From the NCBI RefSeq assembly GCF_946188615.1, contig NZ_CAMHVK010000002.1:175616-215615 (forward strand): 40,000 bases of DNA, read 5' to 3'. The notes below the pieces were generated by a model. That model made no database searches and was not told where the DNA came from. It worked only from the letters and a program-made list of their open reading frames with translations. The stretch's first letter is position 1; the number at the start of each line of letters is the position of its first letter. Origin of the DNA: Streptococcus mitis (GTDB taxonomy: Bacteria > Bacillota > Bacilli > Lactobacillales > Streptococcaceae). Positions 10,053 through 16,738 of this stretch are shown here, in pieces. The translations under genes and the position numbers were made by a program.

Positions 10053-10447
10053 GCCTCGTCAACCTTGTCTTGGAATGTCTGGTTGATACCGCTGAGTTCG
10101 GTCACAGCTTCCAAAATCAAGGCGCTTTCGCCCCAATTGAACATGGTACCAAATAACTCAGAAGCTCCCATTGTTCCGTAAGAATCTTGCAATTCTTTAT
10201 CGTTAAGGTCAGGAACCACGATAGACGCAATACAGATTTCACGGTTATATTTAACACCGTCAAAGACACGCTCTTGGCGTCCATTACGACCAGGTTTATT
10301 TACAAAGCAACGGTCATTGATTAAGTCCGCTTCACGAGCGCTCAACACTCGAATTTTAACTGGTTCCTCAAAAGAAGGAAGCAAGACATCCTTAGTCTCT
10401 TCGCCTTTTTTGTTTTGCTTCAAAAACGCTTGTAATCCACTCACCAC
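10043..10447 (-). CDS. Tail assembly chaperone (XkdN-like)
   Basis: 134 aa between the tail tube and tape measure genes. GTG start after AAGGAGG. Confidence 0.7.
   Translation of the reverse strand: MVSGLQAFLKQNKKGEETKDVLLPSFEEPVKIRVLSAREADLINDRCFVNKPGRNGRQERVFDGVKYNREICIASIVVPDLNDKELQDSYGTMGASELFGTMFNWGESALILEAVTELSGINQTFQDKVDEAKN
10046..10052 (-). promoter_or_regulatory. Programmed -1 ribosomal frameshift slippery heptamer A_AAA_AAC
   Basis: Minus-strand GCA AAA AAC TAA. This is a canonical X_XXY_YYZ heptamer at the last codons of the chaperone ORF. Confidence 0.6.
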
Positions 10448-10462
10448 TATTTCCTCCTTGTG

Positions 10463-10927
10463 TTAGTATGTAATTTCTTGGAATTCTGATAAGATATCAA
10501 AATCTTGGAATGTGAAGTCAGTTTCTTCGTCAATGACCTCATCCGCTGATCCATCTAGTTTAAAGATAAGTGATTCTTTGAACAGAACACCTTTCAAAAC
10601 GATGGTATAGCGACCTGCACGAGATGTGCGGTCTTCGTTGGTACACTTGATGTCGATACGAGGCAACAATCCGTTTTTAACGTATTCCAAAGCCATTTTC
10701 TTCAATTCAGGACGATGGTAATACATCTTCACAGTTCCTGTACCTTCCGCACCGACAATCTTACCACCCTTCATACGAGAGTTAAGAGGGGTAACATCAG
10801 CTTTTGTGTATTCAATTTTTGCTTCTAGAGAGATAAGCTCTGCTAGTTCGTACTGCTTGTCATTGATTGTAAAGAAGACCGTTCCTTCTTTAGCTGACAA
10901 AGCATCTAATTGGTTCATAATAGCCAT
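10463..10927 (-). CDS. Tail tube protein (XkdM-like)
   Basis: 154 aa, immediately downstream of the sheath gene. Size and sequence style match contractile-tail tube proteins. Confidence 0.75.
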   Translation of the reverse strand: MAIMNQLDALSAKEGTVFFTINDKQYELAELISLEAKIEYTKADVTPLNSRMKGGKIVGAEGTGTVKMYYHRPELKKMALEYVKNGLLPRIDIKCTNEDRTSRAGRYTIVLKGVLFKESLIFKLDGSADEVIDEETDFTFQDFDILSEFQEITY

Positions 10928-10945
10928 TAGCTAGTTTCTCCTTTC

Positions 10946-12229
10946 TTAATCACAGATAACCGTCATGTACAAGATTTCCATAGCGTCTGTCAAGACAACT
11001 GGCAAGTTTACCACAACTGATTCTTTAGTGATACCTTGTGAAATTTCAATATCTTTCGCTTTATACTCTAAAGCCTGCTTTTGAGCAAGTGGGTCAAGAA
11101 CCATTGTGATGATTCGTTGTTTAAACAACTCACGACCATTCACGTTGTTTGGTACTTTACCGATGAAGTAGTTCTCAAAGATATACTTGACATTGGTATT
11201 GATATTATCCATGGTGCGGACAAGTTTGTTCTTACCAAAAATACGGCTGTGTTCTGCCGTATAGCTAGTAAATGAGTTCACATCTGACAGGATAATAACT
11301 TTTTCATTTCGATAAGCAAAGATAAGCTGACCTTTGTTAATGAGCTTTTCAGCTTCTGCTTCGTTCTTACGTTCACAGTCGATAGCGCCTGGATAAGACT
11401 TGAATGTATTGGATTGCAAGCCAGCCCCTGCATACTTACCAGCTACGAAGTATACGCAGTCCTTAGCGCCTAGTTTCATACCGTCGCTTAATGTAACTCC
11501 ATTACCAACCGATACAACACCTTCATCATCAGCGTCCGTGTAGTCATTCAATACTGCAATGACTGAACGACCAGCGTTGCGCCATTTTTTGATGTGAGCT
11601 GTAACAAGAGCTTTCGTTGCTCTTTCATCTGTACCCAGAGCCAAGACACGGAAGTCTTGAGTATCGAGTGCATTTAGGAAATCTTCAACCTCTGAATTGG
11701 TTGTAGCTCCATCGGTACCACCTTCAAGCAAGATTGTTTTATCTTCTGTTGTTAAAGTACCCGTTACATTTACATAGTCATTTTTAAACGGCAAGGCTGT
11801 GATGATTTGCTTGTCAACTTCTTTTCCAAAGAAAACGGTTGTTACCTCAAATCCAGTAGCGACTTGTTTTTTGAAGATAACATGGATTTTATTACCAGCT
11901 AATCCTTTGTGTTTAGCTGTAACGACCATATCATTTTCTGTTTTCGTTGCCTGTACCCCAGTGTTATTCACACCGTTATAGACAAGGACCTTACCAGTTC
12001 CTTTCAAGGCTTCACGAATCGGAAGAAGTTCATCAATCGGTTTGCCAAATAGTCGGCGGAAGTTGCTTGTACCGTCAACAAGTGTGAAGGCACCAGGCTC
12101 TCCCCAAGATCCAGCAATCATGACTGCTGCAATCGTATTGTCTTCCAAAGGAATAATCACATCATCTCTTGATACGAAATTGATGTAGGCCTTTGGAACT
12201 CGTTTATTTTGTACTGTCCATTGTGCCAT
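10946..12229 (-). CDS. Contractile tail sheath protein (XkdK-like)
   Basis: 427 aa. It is the first gene of the sheath-tube-chaperone-TMP array. Confidence 0.8.
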   Translation of the reverse strand: MAQWTVQNKRVPKAYINFVSRDDVIIPLEDNTIAAVMIAGSWGEPGAFTLVDGTSNFRRLFGKPIDELLPIREALKGTGKVLVYNGVNNTGVQATKTENDMVVTAKHKGLAGNKIHVIFKKQVATGFEVTTVFFGKEVDKQIITALPFKNDYVNVTGTLTTEDKTILLEGGTDGATTNSEVEDFLNALDTQDFRVLALGTDERATKALVTAHIKKWRNAGRSVIAVLNDYTDADDEGVVSVGNGVTLSDGMKLGAKDCVYFVAGKYAGAGLQSNTFKSYPGAIDCERKNEAEAEKLINKGQLIFAYRNEKVIILSDVNSFTSYTAEHSRIFGKNKLVRTMDNINTNVKYIFENYFIGKVPNNVNGRELFKQRIITMVLDPLAQKQALEYKAKDIEISQGITKESVVVNLPVVLTDAMEILYMTVICD

Positions 12230-12441
12230 TAGTTAGCCACACCCTTTCTCCAGTCTTCTAAAATACGTCTTACTTCTGCTAGTGAGTATGACTGGTCATC
12301 TTCCAGCAAAATGTTTAACAAAGTTGCATCATCTTCAAAATACTTGAGTAATGCCTCTTTGCCAAATTTATCTTCAGTGGTTGTTACCACTGGTTCGGTT
12401 ACGTAACCTACTTCTTCATTCATTTCCATGAGAAGTTTCAC
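12229..12441 (-). CDS. Hypothetical phage protein
   Basis: 70-aa acidic ORF. Start ambiguous (GTG 12441 or ATG 12429). TAATG overlap with the sheath gene start. Confidence 0.45.
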   Translation of the reverse strand: MKLLMEMNEEVGYVTEPVVTTTEDKFGKEALLKYFEDDATLLNILLEDDQSYSLAEVRRILEDWRKGVAN

Positions 12442-12838
12442 CTATCCTTTCTAATATTTGCATTGTCGGTTCTTCTTCAACCCATCGAACGTATCGAGTG
12501 ATTGTAAATGTGCATATCAAGTCATTTGCATTGTATTCTACCTTCAAATCATTGATAGGGTACTTATCCCCTAAATAACGAAAAGCGGGCGAATTAAACA
12601 CCATTTCAATCTCTTCAAACTTCTGGTATAAGTCTGTTGTTTTTTCGGTGTAGTAATGCAGCAAGACAATAAAAACCTGCTTATCGTTTTGGTTAGCCAA
12701 CCGTTGCCGAGTCACAGGTTTCACATCTACAATAAAACAAGGCGTTTTCAATCCTTGCTGGATTTGTTCATCATACACCTTGCACCCAAACACATCTTTG
12801 AGTTGCTTAATGACGAGTGGTCTAATACTATAATCCAC
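12416..12838 (-). CDS. Tail completion / tail terminator-like protein
   Basis: 140 aa. GTG start after AAAGGAGG. Call rests on position between the gp10-like gene and the sheath gene. Confidence 0.45.
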   Translation of the reverse strand: MDYSIRPLVIKQLKDVFGCKVYDEQIQQGLKTPCFIVDVKPVTRQRLANQNDKQVFIVLLHYYTEKTTDLYQKFEEIEMVFNSPAFRYLGDKYPINDLKVEYNANDLICTFTITRYVRWVEEEPTMQILERIGETSHGNE

Positions 12839-13256
12839 CTAATTCCTCCTTTAGCCTCTCTTCGATTTGTTGCGTGATTTGTGGGATTTTCTGTTTAATC
12901 TGTTCTTCTGTCAGCCTCATCATGAAGCGCCCTTCTACCCAAGGATTGACCAAACGCTTACCAATTGCAGGGACATAACGCCCTACTTGTTGACGGTGTC
13001 CACTTTCGACGAAAGAAGCATACTCCATAGGGTTAAATGCGATAACCTCGTACACATTCCCATTTTTGCTTACTTCCATCTTCCAGGATTGATTGAGTTT
13101 ACCTGTTAAGCCTTTTGGTGTTCGTTCCTTAACCTCTTTCAAAAAGGCTAGACCGATATCTTTAGCAGCCTGCATAAACTCAGAATCAATGATTGCCTGA
13201 GCTCGTTCAAGTCGCTTCAAGAACTCTTGAACATCACTATCATCATAACCACTCAT
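12828..13256 (-). CDS. HK97 gp10-family head-tail joining protein
   Basis: 142 aa. Motifs TPKGLTGKL...NPMEYASFVESGHR are typical of the HK97 gp10 family. Confidence 0.65.
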   Translation of the reverse strand: MSGYDDSDVQEFLKRLERAQAIIDSEFMQAAKDIGLAFLKEVKERTPKGLTGKLNQSWKMEVSKNGNVYEVIAFNPMEYASFVESGHRQQVGRYVPAIGKRLVNPWVEGRFMMRLTEEQIKQKIPQITQQIEERLKEELGGL

Positions 13257-13599
13257 GTCGTCTCACCACAATTTCTTGATGTGTTACATAAACCATTGGA
13301 TCTTCACTGGTCAGGTACTGTACACCATCTACTACCAATTTGCTACCAGCTTTGATAGCAAATTTAGGCGAACAGAAAATTTTGTGTTCTGTCTTGAGTT
13401 GGTGTGCTTCGTTCTGTTCAGTATTCACTAAATTACGAACAGATACACGGCAGGGAACCTTCTTGTGAATTTCTTTGAATTCTACAAAATCAGCTCCGTT
13501 TGGTTTCGTGCCCTCGACAGCAGCAAACACATCCATCTTTTTATCATAGGTCCATTCAATGCTTGGTCTTGCCTGAGATAGGACATCATTGATATTCAT
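13243..13599 (-). CDS. Head closure / head-tail adaptor protein
   Basis: 118 aa. Call is by position between the connector and gp10-like genes. Confidence 0.45.
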   Translation of the reverse strand: MNINDVLSQARPSIEWTYDKKMDVFAAVEGTKPNGADFVEFKEIHKKVPCRVSVRNLVNTEQNEAHQLKTEHKIFCSPKFAIKAGSKLVVDGVQYLTSEDPMVYVTHQEIVVRRHEWL

Positions 13600-13600
13600 C

Positions 13601-13954
13601 CTACCACCTCAACTTTCTGAACCGCTGTAACTGGCTAGCAAAGTCCAGCAAGACACTTTCGGCACGTCTGGCAAGGTCTGACTTAGCCAATTCGACACGA
13701 GTATCTCCAACGGATATATTCTTGCCTTGGACAGCTTGGTCAGGATTATAAACAACATAAACCATCTGAATGGCCACAAATCGCAACTCTAAAGGAAAAT
13801 CCTCACGATTACAGTAATTAAGAATGTTCTGCATGACTTCATCGACTACTAACTCTTCTGGATAGCATGAATAACGTTGTTCATACAAGTCAATCAATGC
13901 TTGTCTAGCATCTTCATTATGCTTTTGGATTTCTTCCGATGTTCTCTTCTCCAT
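13601..13954 (-). CDS. Head-tail connector protein (gp6-like)
   Basis: 117 aa. Typical size and position, with a helical N-terminus. Confidence 0.55.
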   Translation of the reverse strand: MEKRTSEEIQKHNEDARQALIDLYEQRYSCYPEELVVDEVMQNILNYCNREDFPLELRFVAIQMVYVVYNPDQAVQGKNISVGDTRVELAKSDLARRAESVLLDFASQLQRFRKLRW

Positions 13955-13971
13955 CAGCAGAACCTCTCTTT

Positions 13972-14232
13972 CTACTTATCGTCTTTAGTGGATTTTTTAG
14001 ATAGTTTTTCAAGTTCAGCTAGAGCTTGGTCACGTTCAGCTAGAGCCTTATCACGTTCAGCAACTACTGCTCTGTACTCTTGAATAGTGTAAGTGCGTCC
14101 GCCAGTAGCAGATTCAACCACAGCGTACTCACCGTCACGAACTTCAACCACATCATAACCATCTTCCAAGAAGGTTACTTTTTCTAGTTCGTCGATATTC
14201 AATACACGATTGTCTTTCTTTACTGTTAACAT
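13972..14232 (-). CDS. Hypothetical head-associated protein
   Basis: 86 aa. RBS AAGGAGG. Lies directly after the capsid gene. C-terminal duplicated AERDKALAERDQALAE. Confidence 0.55.
   Translation of the reverse strand: MLTVKKDNRVLNIDELEKVTFLEDGYDVVEVRDGEYAVVESATGGRTYTIQEYRAVVAERDKALAERDQALAELEKLSKKSTKDDK
14015..14056. repeat. Imperfect 21-bp tandem duplication inside a CDS
   Basis: tcagctagagcttggtcacgt / tcagctagagccttatcacgt, 17 of 21 identical. It encodes the duplicated ALAERD peptide. Confidence 0.8.
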
Positions 14233-14248
14233 TTTCTATCCTCCTTCT

Positions 14249-15163
14249 TTAAGGTGCGACGACAAATGCTAGGCCTTCGTGCTTAGTTTTGAATAGCAAT
14301 ACATCATCGTAAGATTGTTCATAGTACAAGTAGTTACCGCTTGAAGAAGCACTTGGTGCGTCAAGTCCTACAAATTCATATTTTTGTGGCGCTGCCATAC
14401 ACGGAATGTGAATCAAGAAGAAATGGATTTGTTTAGCAGTTGGGTCAACCTTAGCTCCATTTGTGAAGTTGTACAAGGTCTTCATACGGTCAGATGGAAT
14501 AGATGGCTCAATCGTCACATCGTCCAAACGACCAATAGAACGGTCAATAACTGTACCTTGTCCGTGGATATTGACTGTACGGCCAAATTGCTTGATGTTC
14601 TTGATCATGCGTTTAACTGCTGGTGTACAGAAAATAACACGACCTTCTGCTGGTACTCCAGCTTCGTCCATTTGTTCCATCAGCTCATCGAATGTTGCGA
14701 GGAAGTTTTCCTCAGTCAAATTCAATGACTTAATTTGTTTACTTTCTGTATCAAGTTCTTTCTTACGAGAGAACAATTTAGATACCATGAATTTATCCAT
14801 TTCTGGAACTTTTTCAGTATCGTTGAATGTTTTAGTGATGTTAGCAATGGAAGTAACATAGTTAGTTTCATCAACATCTGATGGGTCTACTAGTGTTGAC
14901 CAGTAACGCTCATTAGTCAATGTGTATGTTTCCCATTGGTTTTCATAGTTAGCGTCAATGTTCGTAATCGTGCGACGTGTACGGTCTTTACGTCCTTCTT
15001 TAATCAAAAGACGTGGTACTTTCACTTCTTTAGCGCCTGTGAACTTCAAAAGTGTGTTGGATGGAGAATTCCAAAGTTTTTGAGTGAATAACAGTCCGTT
15101 TTCACTGTAACGATTTTGCAAACCTTGTTGGTAAGCCTGTGCATAGTTCAATGTTGCTGGCAT
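14249..15163 (-). CDS. Major capsid protein
   Basis: 304 aa, immediately downstream of the GP20-type scaffold gene. Strong RBS. Confidence 0.7.
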   Translation of the reverse strand: MPATLNYAQAYQQGLQNRYSENGLLFTQKLWNSPSNTLLKFTGAKEVKVPRLLIKEGRKDRTRRTITNIDANYENQWETYTLTNERYWSTLVDPSDVDETNYVTSIANITKTFNDTEKVPEMDKFMVSKLFSRKKELDTESKQIKSLNLTEENFLATFDELMEQMDEAGVPAEGRVIFCTPAVKRMIKNIKQFGRTVNIHGQGTVIDRSIGRLDDVTIEPSIPSDRMKTLYNFTNGAKVDPTAKQIHFFLIHIPCMAAPQKYEFVGLDAPSASSSGNYLYYEQSYDDVLLFKTKHEGLAFVVAP

Positions 15164-15189
15164 ATCTGTTCCTCTTTTCTATTTTTTGA

Positions 15190-15756
15190 TTATAGATCTG
15201 ACGTGAACGCATTAATCATCTGCGTTGTCAGGTCGTTAGCAACTGTTTCTTCTTGTGTTGCCCCTTGTGGCTTAGCACCAGCGATATGTGGTTCTACAGC
15301 CTTTTCTGAAGCAAATAAAAAGCCTTTAGATTCCTTCAAAGTCGTCAACTGTTCATCTAACCCAGTCACCGCTCCGTTGTCACCTAATCCCAATTTAGAC
15401 TTATCTAGTAGACTAGACACGATTCCAGCGTCATGAACCTTACCGCTTAAGTGCATTTCAATAGCATGATCTAGTTGCATTGTCTTGAGTTGTTGTTCAT
15501 GTTCCTTCTGTTGTGTCTTGTACTTGCTGTCCAAGTCTGAGTATTTTTGTTGTAAGTCAGCATTGCCTTCAGCGTCTTGTTTGAGCTGTTTCATGTCCTT
15601 ATCACGCTCTTTCAACTGGTCCTGCAAGCCCTTAGCATTATCTTCTGCAGCAGACACCTTCGCTTGTAGGTCCTGTGTTGATTTCCCATGTTCAGACATA
15701 ACTGCTTCAACTTGTTCTTCAGTCAATCCTAACTGTTCCAAAAATTTACGATTCAT
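15190..15756 (-). CDS. Capsid scaffolding protein (phage GP20 family)
   Basis: 188 aa. N-terminus MNRKFLEQLGLTEEQVEAVMSEHGK and a charged coiled-coil body are typical of GP20 scaffolds. Confidence 0.75.
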   Translation of the reverse strand: MNRKFLEQLGLTEEQVEAVMSEHGKSTQDLQAKVSAAEDNAKGLQDQLKERDKDMKQLKQDAEGNADLQQKYSDLDSKYKTQQKEHEQQLKTMQLDHAIEMHLSGKVHDAGIVSSLLDKSKLGLGDNGAVTGLDEQLTTLKESKGFLFASEKAVEPHIAGAKPQGATQEETVANDLTTQMINAFTSDL

Positions 15757-15846
15757 TTCTTTTCCTCCTGTACGTTTGTTTTAACGTGGCAACGACCACG
15801 ACATTTTGGTAAAGTAAAAAAGCCTTTTAACGCCATGCCCAGGGCG

Positions 15847-15876
15847 AAAGAAAACCGCCTCGATTTCGACGCGGTT
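15847..15876 (-). terminator. Intrinsic terminator after the small-ORF cluster
   Basis: Minus strand AACCGCGUCG-AAAU-CGAGGCGGUU followed by UUUUCUUU. Confidence 0.6.
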
Positions 15877-15880
15877 AGTT

Positions 15881-16093
15881 TTATAATTCGATTCCTTCGA
15901 TTTCTGATCGAACTTCTAGCCAGTATAAATACTGACCCATGGCACGTTTTTGATTTTTTAAAACTTCAATTGAGCATTTTGGCTCAAATTCAAGCGTACC
16001 AGCTTCGTATTTGATAATCATTTTATGTAATTTTGTATATTTATCCTTAAGCGAATTATACTCATCGATAAAGCGTTCTTTCCAATCTTCCAT
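15881..16093 (-). CDS. Hypothetical small helical protein (70 aa)
   Basis: ATG follows GAAAGGA. Located between the MuF/immunity genes and the scaffold gene, a moron-like position. Confidence 0.6.
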   Translation of the reverse strand: MEDWKERFIDEYNSLKDKYTKLHKMIIKYEAGTLEFEPKCSIEVLKNQKRAMGQYLYWLEVRSEIEGIEL

Positions 16094-16109
16094 TTTTAGT
16101 TCCTTTCTT

Positions 16110-16277
16110 TTACGTTTCTATAAGGATAACTTCGCAAGCTACCACTGAAATTCTTTTTACAACCAATTCACAATCCAAAAAATCGCTTGGATAACCTCCA
16201 TCCAAATCCTTGTTATTGTGGCAAACTGAAATGTCTTGTTGTTCATCTATCACTTCACAAAGTTCTTTAACTTTCAT
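16110..16277 (-). CDS. Hypothetical small protein (55 aa)
   Basis: Below the track cutoff. MKVKELCEVIDEQQD... Start is coupled by a TAATG overlap to the upstream mini-ORF. Confidence 0.4.
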   Translation of the reverse strand: MKVKELCEVIDEQQDISVCHNNKDLDGGYPSDFLDCELVVKRISVVACEVILIET

Positions 16278-16360
16278 TATTCTGATAACTCCAAAATTGA
16301 TTCTTCCGTATCTGTAAACTGTACAGCCTCAATCACTACTGGTTTTTTACGATATTTCAT
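16277..16360 (-). CDS. Mini-ORF (27 aa), possibly a truncated remnant
   Basis: MKYRKKPVVIEAVQFTDTEE... ATG follows AAAGGAG. The KKPVVIEAVQF start resembles N-termini of longer small phage proteins. Confidence 0.3.
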   Translation of the reverse strand: MKYRKKPVVIEAVQFTDTEESILELSE

Positions 16361-16383
16361 TTCTCGCTCCTTTCTAAGCATAA

Positions 16384-16410
16384 GAAAAAGCACTTAGAAT
16401 TACTAAATGC
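16384..16410 (-). terminator. Intrinsic terminator overlapping the stop codon of the putative immunity gene
   Basis: Minus strand GCAUUUAG-UAAUU-CUAAGUGC (one mismatch) followed by UUUUUC. Confidence 0.55.
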
Positions 16411-16738
16411 TTTCTTTTTTTGTCATTTCGATTATTTCTTTTAAACTTGGCTTAGTTTTCCAAATTCTAGTCCATGCTCTCATTTTTAAGAACGTCGGCA
16501 AATAAATGCCGTTTATCTTTGGCATTTCTTTAGATAAGTTATATTTTTTTCTAATTTCATCTTTATGATCCATTACGTACTGGTTACGAGGAAGGCAATA
16601 AAAGATACCTTCGCCAAAATAACTCAAATCTTCATCAGATATTTCAATAAGTTCTTCAGGTTTTACAAAAATAGACCTATTTACTCTATCTTCTCTCTTA
16701 GAAAAAATCTTTTGTACAAAATTTTTATCAAGACCCAT
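16403..16738 (-). CDS. Putative immunity protein for the upstream MuF-ART toxin (unknown family)
   Basis: ATG at 16738 follows GGAGG and overlaps the last 11 nt of the toxin gene. 111 aa and visibly AT-rich. The call is by position only. Confidence 0.45.
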   Translation of the reverse strand: MGLDKNFVQKIFSKREDRVNRSIFVKPEELIEISDEDLSYFGEGIFYCLPRNQYVMDHKDEIRKKYNLSKEMPKINGIYLPTFLKMRAWTRIWKTKPSLKEIIEMTKKESI

